Positions 27,984 through 38,280 of a stretch of 64,000 bases of DNA are shown here, piece by piece. A program made the position numbers and the translations under genes. This DNA is from an uncultured Bacteroidales bacterium. Lineage in GTDB: Bacteria > Bacteroidota > Bacteroidia > Bacteroidales > UBA932. A model generated the notes under the pieces. It was not told the origin of the DNA. It did no database searches and worked only from the letters and a program-made list of their open reading frames with translations. The stretch lies in assembly GCA_945874155.1 (NCBI GenBank), contig CAMCFO010000003.1, positions 8,581 to 72,580 on the forward strand, read 5' to 3'. The number at the start of each line of letters is the position of its first letter. Within the stretch, counting starts at the first letter, position 1.

Positions 27984-30900
27984 ATGAGAATCAAGACTAT
28001 ATTCACATCTCTGCTGACAGTTTCCCTGCTCATTTCCTGTACCGCTGAAAAGCCTGCGGCAGAAAAGGAGATCTCCTACGAGCAGTTGCGCAGCAAAATC
28101 GCCGGAGCCTGGCTGGGACAGATGGTCGGCAATATCTACGGACTCGAATATGAAAACAAATTCATAGAAGAACCCGGGGAAGGGCCTTTTGTCTGGAACA
28201 AGGCTATGCGCAAAATGACGGCAGTGGACGGGGCTTTCTCCGATGACGATACCGATGTGGAGTATATGTACTTGATAATGATGGAGAAGAACGGAGTGCG
28301 CCCTACCTACGCCCAGATGCGCGAATGTTGGATGTACCATATCCGGGACAGGGTGTGGCTGGCCAACAGGGCAGCTCTGGGAGCAATGCACTACGGTCTC
28401 ACTCCGCCTTTCACCGGGTCTGTGGACAACAATCCGCACTGGTTCCAGATTGACCCGCAGCTCATAAATGAAATCTGGGCCTACACGGCTCCAGGAATGG
28501 TGGACTATGCGGCAGGCATATCCGAATGGGCGGCAAGGGTCACCAGCGACTCCTGGGCCACTTCCCCGACCGTGGTCTATGGAGCTATGTATGCGGGTGC
28601 TTTCTTCGAGTCCGACATACGCCGCCTTATGGAAGATGCCCTGAGGTGCCTCCCGCGCGACGACCGCTTTGCACAGACCGTGCGCGAGTGCATAAAACTG
28701 TATGATGCAGACCCGAAGGACTGGCACGCAGCCCGCGCCTATATAGAAAAGAAATATTACGAAGAGGAGGACTCATTCTCCAGGACCATCTGGAATGCCA
28801 ACTTGAACGGAGCTATGGGTATGCTTGCCCTGCTCTATGGGGAAGGCGACATTGAGAAGACCCTGAACATAGGTTGCGCCCTCGGATTCGACGCCGACAA
28901 CCAGACTGCCACCACCTGCGGCATCCTCGGAGTCATCAACGGAGGCGAGTCTGTGCCTACAGCCTGGTCTATGCCATTCGCACACTGGACCAAGCCTTTC
29001 AATGACAGGTACATAAATGTGACCCGCTACGACCTGCCTGACGCATCCATAGAGGACATCATCGACAGGACCGTGGACATAGCCGTGAAGGTGGTAGAAG
29101 AGAACGGCGGACGCACGGAAATTCGTGACGGACAGAAGTGGCTGGTAATCAACACCGCCGCCAAGTTCAACGCACCTTTGGAATTCTGCGTTGGACCCGC
29201 TCCGAGACTGGTGGCGGGGGAGAAGGCCGATTACGACTTCGCCTGCGTGACCAACAGGGGATACGATTGGAAGATGGTGGACGGATGCCTTCCGGAAGGT
29301 CTGAAATTCAGCAAAGGTAAACTTACGGGAGTGCCTCTCAAGGCCGGCAGAAGCCAGATCAGACTCGCCATTTCGGACGGCAAACAGAGCTTGGAGAAGG
29401 ATTTCGAGCTTGTCGTTAGGGGCAGGAACCTTGCCCGTAGCGGCAGAATAGTCTCCAGCGTGAGCGAAACCAATTTCGAGGTGCTGGATTCCTGCTGGCT
29501 CACCAATTCCCGCGACTGGTACGCACGCAGCGTGGAAGTAATCAACGACGGAGTGCTCACGGGCCCCAATTCGGTCTTCTGCACCCTCCAGTCCAAATCC
29601 CTGGAGCCTCGTCGCGACTGGTTCGGCTATGTCTGGGATACTCCGCAGAAATTTGACAAAGTGGCCTTCCGCTACGGTCCTCTCGAGGAATTCGGAGGAT
29701 GGTACAGCCGTATGCAGGTGGAGATTATGGATGAGGAAGGCAACTGGATTCCGGTCAAGACCAGCGTGAGTCCCGCTCTTCCTTCAAGCGACCTGGTGTT
29801 CATTCAGCCGCACAACGCCGAGTTCCTTTTCAGCTTCCCGGCTGTTCAGAGCAGGGGAGTGAGGGTCATAGGAGACGACCACGTGGAGCATCACTGGCAC
29901 AAATACACCAAGCACGTTTCCTCTTTCATCAACGTGGCAGAGGTCGAGGTCTATGAGGCTGCGCAACCTGACAAGTGCATCACTATGTCCAAGGCAGTTC
30001 TGAGGGACAAAATCGAAGGCGGATGGGCAGGCCAGACCATAGGTGTGGTCTATGGTGCACCGACAGAATTCAAGCACCAGGGCACGCTCATTCCCGATTC
30101 CCAGCCCATTTCCTGGGGAGAAGGCTATGTGAAACACTGGTGGGACCGCAAGCCTGGACTATTCGACGACATCTACAACGACCTCACCTTCGCAGAGGCT
30201 TTCGATCAGTTGGGACTGGACTGCAGCGCTGCGGACCTTGCCCTGCGTTTTGCCACTGCGGACTACCACCTTGCCCACGCCAATCAGGCAGGCCGTTACA
30301 ATGTGCGTCAGGGAGTGATGCCTCCTGCATCTGGACATTGGCTCAATAACCCCCACGCCGATGACCTGGACTTTCAGATTGAGGCTGATTTCATAGGACT
30401 AATGGCTCCGGGTATGCTTCCGAGGGCACTTGAGATAGCCGACACCGTAGGACATATAATGAACAGCGGGGACGGTTTTTACGGCGGTGCCTTCGTGGCA
30501 GGCTTGTATTCAGCTGCCTTCATACTTGACTCTCCTGCAGCCATCCTCGATGCTGCACTTGCCGGCATCCCTGCACAAAGCACTTTCTATCAATGCATTG
30601 ACGATGTTCGCAAGTTCCACGCGAAATATCCTTCCGACTGGAAACAATGCTGGTTCGAAATCGAGAAGAAATGGGGCGCGGACACCGGATGCCCTAAGGG
30701 CGTATTCCTGAGTTTCGACATAGATGCCAAGCTCAATTCCGCCTATGTGGCAATAGGACTGCTTTACGGCGGAGGGGACTTTGCCAAATCTATGGAAATT
30801 GCCACACGCTGCGGTCAGGACTCGGACTGCAATCCGGCCACAGTGGGCGGAGTCCTCGGAGTGATGTACGGCAAGAGCAATATTCCGGAGTTTTGGAAAC

Positions 30901-31514
30901 AGCCTCTCGAAGAAATCTGGGACCTCGACTTTCAGGGTACGGACGTTTCTCTTGCGAAAGGCTCTGATATGTCTATGCGTCACGCCCTTGAACTCATAGC
31001 TGCTGACGGCGGAAACGTCGGAGAGGAAACCGTCGCTATACCTCAATGGCCGGTATGCAAACTGCCTCTGGAGCAGAACTTTACCAATACTTATCCGATT
31101 TACAGGGACCAGAAGGATGCCTGGATGGAAAAGGAATACGAATTCGATTTCACCGGCAACGGCTTCTGCATCTGGGGCAATCTGGTGTGTCTGAGGGGAA
31201 TAAGCCGGGACTATGCCGACAGGGTGTGCAAGAAACACGTGGGCTCGGAGGTCTTTGCAATGGCAGAGCAGCAGGATGATTATGTGGCTGAAATCGAAGT
31301 CTGGATTGACGGCAGGCTCGATCAAGTTTCCGTGCTCCCTATGAAGGGCACCTCCCGCAAGCTCGAACCGGCGTGGAAATACCTTATGCCTGAGGGCAGA
31401 CACCACGTGAGGATGGTGTGGAGAAATCCTAAGCCTGACACCTACCTCCTGAGAATCAATGCTATACAATATTATTCCGAAAACCCGGCTCCAAGCCCGT
31501 ATTATCATAACTAA
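27984..31514 (+). CDS. Lipoprotein with two ADP-ribosylglycohydrolase (ARH/DraG)-fold domains plus Ig-like and CBM-like modules
   Basis: Lipobox LISC; domain 1 GQMVGNIYG, SDDDTD, GFDADN; domain 2 GQTIGVVYG, HADDLD, GQDSDCN; GCLPEGL..LTGVP Ig-like motif. Confidence 0.82.
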   Translation: MRIKTIFTSLLTVSLLISCTAEKPAAEKEISYEQLRSKIAGAWLGQMVGNIYGLEYENKFIEEPGEGPFVWNKAMRKMTAVDGAFSDDDTDVEYMYLIMMEKNGVRPTYAQMRECWMYHIRDRVWLANRAALGAMHYGLTPPFTGSVDNNPHWFQIDPQLINEIWAYTAPGMVDYAAGISEWAARVTSDSWATSPTVVYGAMYAGAFFESDIRRLMEDALRCLPRDDRFAQTVRECIKLYDADPKDWHAARAYIEKKYYEEEDSFSRTIWNANLNGAMGMLALLYGEGDIEKTLNIGCALGFDADNQTATTCGILGVINGGESVPTAWSMPFAHWTKPFNDRYINVTRYDLPDASIEDIIDRTVDIAVKVVEENGGRTEIRDGQKWLVINTAAKFNAPLEFCVGPAPRLVAGEKADYDFACVTNRGYDWKMVDGCLPEGLKFSKGKLTGVPLKAGRSQIRLAISDGKQSLEKDFELVVRGRNLARSGRIVSSVSETNFEVLDSCWLTNSRDWYARSVEVINDGVLTGPNSVFCTLQSKSLEPRRDWFGYVWDTPQKFDKVAFRYGPLEEFGGWYSRMQVEIMDEEGNWIPVKTSVSPALPSSDLVFIQPHNAEFLFSFPAVQSRGVRVIGDDHVEHHWHKYTKHVSSFINVAEVEVYEAAQPDKCITMSKAVLRDKIEGGWAGQTIGVVYGAPTEFKHQGTLIPDSQPISWGEGYVKHWWDRKPGLFDDIYNDLTFAEAFDQLGLDCSAADLALRFATADYHLAHANQAGRYNVRQGVMPPASGHWLNNPHADDLDFQIEADFIGLMAPGMLPRALEIADTVGHIMNSGDGFYGGAFVAGLYSAAFILDSPAAILDAALAGIPAQSTFYQCIDDVRKFHAKYPSDWKQCWFEIEKKWGADTGCPKGVFLSFDIDAKLNSAYVAIGLLYGGGDFAKSMEIATRCGQDSDCNPATVGGVLGVMYGKSNIPEFWKQPLEEIWDLDFQGTDVSLAKGSDMSMRHALELIAADGGNVGEETVAIPQWPVCKLPLEQNFTNTYPIYRDQKDAWMEKEYEFDFTGNGFCIWGNLVCLRGISRDYADRVCKKHVGSEVFAMAEQQDDYVAEIEVWIDGRLDQVSVLPMKGTSRKLEPAWKYLMPEGRHHVRMVWRNPKPDTYLLRINAIQYYSENPAPSPYYHN

Positions 31515-31516
31515 CG

Positions 31517-33034
31517 ATGAAGTCACGCAATTACATATTTACCCTTCTCTTACTTGCAGGATGTTCCGGCAGCGGGATACGCTATGGTGAGCAGGTCACC
31601 TTGTCCCGCGAGGTCCTGGAAGACAAGGTGCGCGGAGGCTGGTTCGCCCAGACCATAGGATGCACCTACGGCGGTCCGACAGAGTTCAAATTCAAGGGAG
31701 GTCTGATGCAGGATGAGCAGACCATTCCGTGGAGCGAAGATTATATCTATGAAACCTTCATCGCGGACCCGGGACTTTATGACGATGTCTATATGGACCT
31801 GACCTTCCTCGAAGTGATGGCGGAGTATGGCATCGACGCCCCTGTGGACATTTATGCCGACCGTTTCGCAAATGCAGATTACAAACTCTGGCACGCGAAC
31901 CAGGCTGCACGCTACAATATCCTCAACGGAATCTATCCTCCCGAGTCCGGACATTGGATGCACAATCCCCACGCGGACGACATAGATTTCCAGATTGAAG
32001 CCGATTTCATAGGTATGCTCTGGCCGGGAATGCCGGACTGCGCAGCACTCACTTGCGACGGTATAGGACATATAATGAACTATGGTGACGGCTATTACGG
32101 AGGGGTTTATGTTTCGGCACTCTACTCCCTTGCATATGTCTGCGACGACATCCCGACTCTTGTGAAGGAAGCTCTTGAAACCATTCCCCGTGGCAGCAAG
32201 TTCCGCAACTGCATAGAGGACGTGATCCGTTTCCACGGAGAGTACCCCGGGGACTGGAAGCGCTGCTGGTTCGAAGTGGACAAATTGCACAGTTTCGACA
32301 TCGGGTGCCCGGAGGGGGTGTGGAACGGTTTCAATATAGATGCTGTGATCAATGCGGCATACATAGTGATAGGGCTGCTCTACGGAGAGGGCGATTTTGA
32401 AAAGACTATGGAAATATCCACCCGCTGTGGTCAGGATTCGGACTGCAATCCGGCTTCCGCAGCAGGCATACTCGGAGTGATGCAGGGCTATTCGGCAATT
32501 CCGGAAAAATACCGCAAGGCTGCCGAGAAAATTGCCGACCTGCCTTTCCCTTACACCAGCCTCAGTCTGAACGAAACCTGTGTGAAGAATATGCAGCTGC
32601 TTGAACAGGCCCTGCTCTCCCAAGGATGTGAGTTTGGCCCGGAGGCTGTGTCCTTCGTGGTGCGCAAACCTGAGCCCGTGGCTTGGGAACAGTCATTCGA
32701 AGGCTTGGTGCCGGTGGACAAGGTGGTGCTCAAGAAGCGTTTCAATTCCTCGGTCGTGCTTGAGTTTACGGGCAACTCCATAGTGGTGGAGGGCAGCGTG
32801 GTCAAGACCGGGCACAGTGACGAGGACTATGTGGCAAGGATTGCGGCCCTGCTCGACGACGAGGTAGTGGAGGTTTTCGCAATGCCTTACGACTATATCA
32901 AACGCAAATATGAAATTTTCTCCAGATACTGTTTTCCTTCCGGCCAGCACAAGCTTGAACTGAGGCTTCTGAATCCTCACCCGGATTTTGAAATCAATGC
33001 CCAGGAAATGGTGGTTTACGATGCTGTTAAATGA
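31517..33034 (+). CDS. ADP-ribosylglycohydrolase-family lipoprotein
   Basis: Lipobox LAGC; AQTIGCTYG, DDVYMDL, HADDIDFQIEADF, GQDSDCN; paralogous to the C-terminal half of the preceding gene. Confidence 0.85.
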   Translation: MKSRNYIFTLLLLAGCSGSGIRYGEQVTLSREVLEDKVRGGWFAQTIGCTYGGPTEFKFKGGLMQDEQTIPWSEDYIYETFIADPGLYDDVYMDLTFLEVMAEYGIDAPVDIYADRFANADYKLWHANQAARYNILNGIYPPESGHWMHNPHADDIDFQIEADFIGMLWPGMPDCAALTCDGIGHIMNYGDGYYGGVYVSALYSLAYVCDDIPTLVKEALETIPRGSKFRNCIEDVIRFHGEYPGDWKRCWFEVDKLHSFDIGCPEGVWNGFNIDAVINAAYIVIGLLYGEGDFEKTMEISTRCGQDSDCNPASAAGILGVMQGYSAIPEKYRKAAEKIADLPFPYTSLSLNETCVKNMQLLEQALLSQGCEFGPEAVSFVVRKPEPVAWEQSFEGLVPVDKVVLKKRFNSSVVLEFTGNSIVVEGSVVKTGHSDEDYVARIAALLDDEVVEVFAMPYDYIKRKYEIFSRYCFPSGQHKLELRLLNPHPDFEINAQEMVVYDAVK

Positions 33035-33072
33035 TTGAATGTTTTGATATTGGATAGTCGTAACTGATAATT

Positions 33073-34584
33073 ATGAACAAAGGAATTTCATACATATTGG
33101 CCCTGGTCTCCCTGCTGACAGCAAGCGCAGTGGGTTGCAGTTCCAAGCCCCAGCTTCCCGATGAGCCGGGTCCGTTACAAAGGTATTCCGAAAACGGGGT
33201 GCTACACAGCGAAATCCTCGGGCAGGACGTGAAGTTTGCTGTGCTGCTGCCTCAGTCCTACAGGGAGGATGCCGACAGACGCTATCCGGTGGTCTATATG
33301 CTTCACGGCTATGGGGACAGCTACACATCCTGGAACGGGAAGTATCTCCAAGCCAACACCCGCATTATATCCCTTGAGGAAGCCGGGAAGATTTCTGAAA
33401 TGATCTACGTCTTCCCTTCAGGCTACAACGACTATTACTGCAATTGGTACAACGGCAAACACAATTATATGGATATGTTCACCCGGGAGCTTATGCCGTT
33501 GATTGACAAGAGTTTCAGGACCATCGCAGACAGGGAGCACAGGGCTCTCACAGGCTATTCCATGGGCGGATTCGGGGCTATGGTACTGGCTGAGAAGCAT
33601 CCTGAACTCTTTTCCTGCAGCGCACCCCTGAGTATGTCCTTCAGGACGGATGCCCAGTATATGACTGAGCCCGGCAGCGGATGGGACGGACAATGGGGAA
33701 GGATATTCGGAGGAGTGGGAATGTATGGACAGGACCGTCTGACACCTTGGTATCTTGCCCACAATCCATATAGGCAGTTCTGCGATGAAAACCGTTCCGA
33801 ACTGGAAAAGGTTAAGTGGTTCTATACCTGCGGGGATGATGAGGAGCAGCTGCTGGTGGCAAATGATTCCCTTCACGTGATTCTCCGCGACCGCAATTTC
33901 GCCCACGAATTCAGGGTCGCCAACGGTGCGCACACCTCATCCTACTGGATGGATGCCCTGAACGAGGTTCTGCCTTGGATAGACCATTGCATCAGCGGGG
34001 GTGCGGCCTGGCCGGAATGTTCAAGGGCATCCATTACCAGGAAGGAAGTCACTTTTGCCTCCGACGGGACTGCAGCCAGCCAGGCATTCCTTGCACAGAA
34101 TCAGGGTCAGGGCGTATTCTTTTTTCACAACGGACTTTCCGAGAGTCAGGTCAGGGATGCGGTTTCGGCAGTATGGACCACCAGCACCAAAGCCTGTTTC
34201 ATTTGCCTGCCTTGCGACCTCAATCTCAAGACCGCAAGCGAGTGGATGGAGGAATGGTCCGGAAAATACAACATAGGCTCGAAGGCGGCCTTCTGCTTCG
34301 ATGAGGCAGGAGAAAAGGTCTCGGCCATATATTCCGAATTCGACTTTATGGTTTACGTCAATTCTCCGGCGGTAGGATTCGAAGCTGATGCGCAGCAGAA
34401 ATACTATTTCGCCCAGACGGACGAGTCACCGTATTACGAGGCTATGGACAATCTTTACCGTTCCTGCAAGCGCAATTCCGCGACATTTGAATACAGGGTC
34501 ATAGATGACAGCGGGGATGAGGATGCGGACAGGTTGAGGTGCCTGAGCAAACTTGCGAATTATATCCCTTATTGGGGAATGTAA
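33073..34584 (+). CDS. Esterase-family (alpha/beta hydrolase, CE1-like) lipoprotein
   Basis: PVVYMLHGYG, GYSMGG nucleophile, CGDDE, GAHTSSYW. Confidence 0.85.
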   Translation: MNKGISYILALVSLLTASAVGCSSKPQLPDEPGPLQRYSENGVLHSEILGQDVKFAVLLPQSYREDADRRYPVVYMLHGYGDSYTSWNGKYLQANTRIISLEEAGKISEMIYVFPSGYNDYYCNWYNGKHNYMDMFTRELMPLIDKSFRTIADREHRALTGYSMGGFGAMVLAEKHPELFSCSAPLSMSFRTDAQYMTEPGSGWDGQWGRIFGGVGMYGQDRLTPWYLAHNPYRQFCDENRSELEKVKWFYTCGDDEEQLLVANDSLHVILRDRNFAHEFRVANGAHTSSYWMDALNEVLPWIDHCISGGAAWPECSRASITRKEVTFASDGTAASQAFLAQNQGQGVFFFHNGLSESQVRDAVSAVWTTSTKACFICLPCDLNLKTASEWMEEWSGKYNIGSKAAFCFDEAGEKVSAIYSEFDFMVYVNSPAVGFEADAQQKYYFAQTDESPYYEAMDNLYRSCKRNSATFEYRVIDDSGDEDADRLRCLSKLANYIPYWGM

Positions 34585-34624
34585 AATGATAACACACACT
34601 ATTACTAACTTAATTTTTATTGCA

Positions 34625-35422
34625 ATGAAAAAGTTTTATGTAATCGCTGCTATGGCAGCTTTGGCAGTTGTTTCAATCTCCTGCAACAAGAACAACACTA
34701 AGCCTGACGGACCTGAGGATCCGGGAACTGTTACCCGTACACACAGGATCAAGACTATGACCAACGACAGCCCGTGGTCAGATGAGCCTACCGTTTACAC
34801 CTTCTCCTACGATGCACAGGGAAGGGTTGCTTCCGTTGTGAGCAAGAGCGACAACCGTGTCTTCACTTACGAGGGCAGCAAACTCACCATCAAGAACGGT
34901 GATGCCATCGAGTACACTATGACTCTCAATGCCGAAGGTTTCGCAACCAAGGTTGAGAATGCAGATCACACTTGGGAAATCACCTATGATGCAAAGGGTT
35001 ATATGACCAAGGGCGTTAAGGACGGTGTTCAATGCACTTCCCAGAAGATTGAGGACGGCAACATTCTCTACTGGACAAGGTATGACAAGGAGAAAGATTT
35101 CTGGAGAATGAAGGATGCAACCTATCTTTCAAAGGCTAACAAGGGCTGCGTTCAGACCCACTATGCTGAGGACCTCGGTTTCTCAAGATGGGCTTGGGAG
35201 GCTCGCCTCTTCGGCAACACTTCAGTAAATGTTATGGAGACTTGCCGCTGGAAGAACTTCGGCGATGTGTATGCCGAAAAGACTGCTGTCTATACTTACG
35301 AGTACGATGCCAACGGGCTCATCACCAAGGAGACCAAGTACTATGGCGTTTGGAACGAGACCGACACCACCGGAATGGAACTTGACGATGCTCAGATCTT
35401 CACTTGGGAGGAAATCAAGTAA
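34625..35422 (+). CDS. Lipoprotein with YD-like repeats (DUF4595-like)
   Basis: Start MKKFY, lipobox ISC-NKN, YTFSYDAQGRV, YEYDANGLITKET. Confidence 0.6.
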   Translation: MKKFYVIAAMAALAVVSISCNKNNTKPDGPEDPGTVTRTHRIKTMTNDSPWSDEPTVYTFSYDAQGRVASVVSKSDNRVFTYEGSKLTIKNGDAIEYTMTLNAEGFATKVENADHTWEITYDAKGYMTKGVKDGVQCTSQKIEDGNILYWTRYDKEKDFWRMKDATYLSKANKGCVQTHYAEDLGFSRWAWEARLFGNTSVNVMETCRWKNFGDVYAEKTAVYTYEYDANGLITKETKYYGVWNETDTTGMELDDAQIFTWEEIK

Positions 35423-35443
35423 ATCCGTCCGAATGTTTTCACG

Positions 35444-35474
35444 GAACGCCCGACAGCTTCGGGCGTTCTTTTTT
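35444..35474 (+). terminator. Intrinsic terminator closing the ribose-type PUL
   Basis: GAACGCCCGA-cagct-TCGGGCGTTC-TTTTTT. Confidence 0.85.
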
Positions 35475-35604
35475 GCAGCACTGCATTCATATTGCACACG
35501 AGGCCGGTCTCACGACCAGCCTCGCATTGTATAAAAAAGGTATTATCTGTTTAATCTATAGGCGGTGCATTATCTTTCAAACACCATACCAAACAGGAAA
35601 ATCA

Positions 35605-36366
35605 TTATAGATTCTGACTTTCGACAAACTGTTTTTCCCTGATGATGTGTCCGATGGTCCTCGGTCCGTCATCCTTGTAGAGTACCTTTATGTAGGCGGC
35701 ATCCTTGAGCAGGTCGATATTGCCTATTTCCACATCCACCGGTTTCACTCCGCACCTTTTCTCGATGTCTGCAAGCAATTCTTCTTTCTTTTCCGGTAAA
35801 ATCAGGTCCAGACGGTCGTAGAGGATGATTTTTGACGAATCGGCCTTGGACGGACGTATGACTTCCAGCGCGAGAATCAGCAATATGGTAATCACATTGG
35901 CTGCAGCGGCAAGCGCAAGGGCACCGGTATTGAGGTAGTAGCAGGCATTCACCGCATCAATCGAATATAGAGGAGCGAGTCCGTTCACAGCCGCCAGAGC
36001 AATAATCACGAAAAGATAGGTCATCTCCCTGATGGGCACGGTCTCGGTGCGGTAACGTATGATGCCGAAGATTGCGAAAAGTCCCAGGGTGAGTCCCACT
36101 CCGACGTCCACCCTGCCCATAATGTAGAGCAGCAGGAGCATTGCGGAAGAAAAGGCAGTGAATGTGAAGAGATAGTCCCTGCGCCGGCTCTTTGGATAGT
36201 AGAGCAGACGGACTATGACCCAGCAGGAGAGCAGGTTGAGAAAGAATCTCAGGGCCAGTTCCGTCAGGTCCTGCGCAGTTGTCATAGTGGGGTCGGCAAG
36301 GTTCTGTATGCCGAGAAGTTCGCTCTCGTCGAGAGAGGCAATGGGAGTTTGAATGATATTCAGCAT
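35605..36366 (-). CDS. DUF4956-domain membrane protein
   Basis: GLTLGLFAIFGIIRYRT..IREMTYLF motif; paired with VTC gene. Confidence 0.85.
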   Translation of the reverse strand: MLNIIQTPIASLDESELLGIQNLADPTMTTAQDLTELALRFFLNLLSCWVIVRLLYYPKSRRRDYLFTFTAFSSAMLLLLYIMGRVDVGVGLTLGLFAIFGIIRYRTETVPIREMTYLFVIIALAAVNGLAPLYSIDAVNACYYLNTGALALAAAANVITILLILALEVIRPSKADSSKIILYDRLDLILPEKKEELLADIEKRCGVKPVDVEIGNIDLLKDAAYIKVLYKDDGPRTIGHIIREKQFVESQNL

Positions 36367-37145
36367 TGTCTGTTTATTTTTTCTATTAGTCTGACTTTTT
36401 CCTTGAAACGGCCGGCTCTGATGCCGGGAGTGGTCATAGTGATGCCGGTGCAGTACTTGCTTATGCGGCAGGGGAGTATCCTGTGACGCAGCAGAATTTC
36501 TCTCATACGGCTCCCGGCCCGGCCGTCCTGTTTCAGCTCTATGATGACGGCATTGCCGAGTCCGGCCTCCATTCCTGTGCGGAAGTTCCTGAATCTCACA
36601 TCCATATCTATTGTGAGTCTTTCGCTGCGTTCCGGATTGACGAGGGTTATGCGTTTGAAGGCGGTGCCGAGTGTAGCCTCGAGGGAGTCGGCATCATATA
36701 AGCATCGCTCTCCAAGCCAGGAGGTTGCAGCTTCGTCGCAAGTATAGTAAGGATAGGCCTCTTCTGTGAGTTGAATCCTCTTTTTCTTTGTGCGTGAGTG
36801 GTTGTTCTTGTTCTTGATTTCGAGGAAGCAGACTCCGGAGGAGGAATAGCGGCGTGTGCGTATTTTCTGCCTCACCAGTTTTCCCCTTCTGTGCTCGGTG
36901 TAGGTCGTGAAGGAGGGTGTGTCGAAATAGACGCTGTCATAGTCCTGAATGCGCAATCCGTTCTGCTCGAACACCATATACCCGCAATCAAGCGCTTCGT
37001 CCAGCAGGTCTTCAAGTCTGGAAAAGGATGTAAGATATTTGGTGTCGATGCGGTTCATAAGGCGTATGCCGTCCATCTCGGAAAGGCTTATGGAAGCGAA
37101 ACCGTCCATAAGCCCCTCAAGCGAAGCAAGTCCCGGCCTATTCAT
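36360..37145 (-). CDS. VTC (polyphosphate polymerase, CYTH-like) domain protein
   Basis: LMNRIDTKY, SVYFDT, RQKIRTRRY, FLEIK, ERLTID, IIELK, ISKYC. Confidence 0.88.
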   Translation of the reverse strand: MNRPGLASLEGLMDGFASISLSEMDGIRLMNRIDTKYLTSFSRLEDLLDEALDCGYMVFEQNGLRIQDYDSVYFDTPSFTTYTEHRRGKLVRQKIRTRRYSSSGVCFLEIKNKNNHSRTKKKRIQLTEEAYPYYTCDEAATSWLGERCLYDADSLEATLGTAFKRITLVNPERSERLTIDMDVRFRNFRTGMEAGLGNAVIIELKQDGRAGSRMREILLRHRILPCRISKYCTGITMTTPGIRAGRFKEKVRLIEKINRQC

Positions 37146-37557
37146 TGCCCTCCTCAACCGAATACTCAAACAATTTGTAGCGTATCAGTTTGCCTTTAGG
37201 GTTGTAAACATATTCGGTTTTCTTGCGCCCAAGTTCATCAAACTCGAATTTGCGTATATTGTCCAGCTTCCCGTTGGGACCATAGACCAATTCCCTCGAG
37301 ACTTTCCCGTTTTCCCCGTATTCGAAAATCTTCCGCCATTTCACCCCGTAGCGGTCGTATTCCGCCTCTTCGATTTTGCGTCCCAGGTTGTCATAGACGG
37401 TGAGATGGTCCATAATCTTGGCCGTGGACCCGGCATCCACGTTCCATTCCTTGACTGTAAGATTTCTCTTGTGCGGTTTGCCCACCTGGGCATCGCTCTG
37501 CATTGCGCCGAACAATAGCAGTGCCACTGCGGCGATGAACTTGAAGCTTGTTTGCAT
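37138..37557 (-). CDS. Secreted hypothetical protein with short YD-like repeats
   Basis: Signal peptide (SDA-Q); repeats YDNLGRK / FDELGRK; co-oriented with ndk and VTC. Confidence 0.6.
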   Translation of the reverse strand: MQTSFKFIAAVALLLFGAMQSDAQVGKPHKRNLTVKEWNVDAGSTAKIMDHLTVYDNLGRKIEEAEYDRYGVKWRKIFEYGENGKVSRELVYGPNGKLDNIRKFEFDELGRKKTEYVYNPKGKLIRYKLFEYSVEEGNE

Positions 37558-37587
37558 TTGTGAATTCGTATCTTGCGGTCTTCCTGT

Positions 37588-38049
37588 TTATTTCTCGTCC
37601 GGTGCGTATTTGAAAGGATCGAGCGGGGAGTCGTATTCGAAATAATCTTCGGCCGTGAAGAATCTGTCCAGTTCGACTGCCGCGTTTTCAATGGAATCGG
37701 AGGTGTGTACTATGTTTTCCTGTGCGCTGAGGGAATAGTCGCCCCGGATGGTTCCCGGAACTGCCTTGCTGCCTTTGGTGGTACCTGCCATAGCCCTTAC
37801 AGCCTGCACGGCATCATAGCCTTCCCAGCAGCAGAGTATTACCGGAGCAGCCTTCATACTTGCCGTAATCCACGGGAAAAACGGTTTGTCGATAAGATGG
37901 GCATAATGTTTTGCAAGGATTTCATCGTCAAGCCGGGCCATCTTGAGGGCCACCAGCTTCAGACCTCTCTTTTCAAATCGTGAGATGACTTCCCCCACGA
38001 TACCCCGCTGCAGCGCACCGGGCTTGAGTATTACAAGTGTTCTTTCCAT
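37588..38049 (-). CDS. ndk: Nucleoside diphosphate kinase
   Basis: ERTLVILKP, PGTIRGDY, NIVHTSDS (phospho-His). Confidence 0.96.
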   Translation of the reverse strand: MERTLVILKPGALQRGIVGEVISRFEKRGLKLVALKMARLDDEILAKHYAHLIDKPFFPWITASMKAAPVILCCWEGYDAVQAVRAMAGTTKGSKAVPGTIRGDYSLSAQENIVHTSDSIENAAVELDRFFTAEDYFEYDSPLDPFKYAPDEK

Positions 38050-38280
38050 AATTTTAGTGTAGTGGTTACTGAAGTACCGTGCTGTCCTTTGCAGACTTCT
38101 CATCGGTACAGCCTACAAATGTAGCAAAATTTTCACACCGCAAGGCATAAGTAATCATTAAAATATCGTCTGCTTCATCTTTTATAATCTACATTTGGTC
38201 TATACAGCTCTGTATAAATTGGAAATTGTGTTTATATTTGCGGCGCTTTTGATAGAAAGATTTTTTTTGAGAATCAGAGT

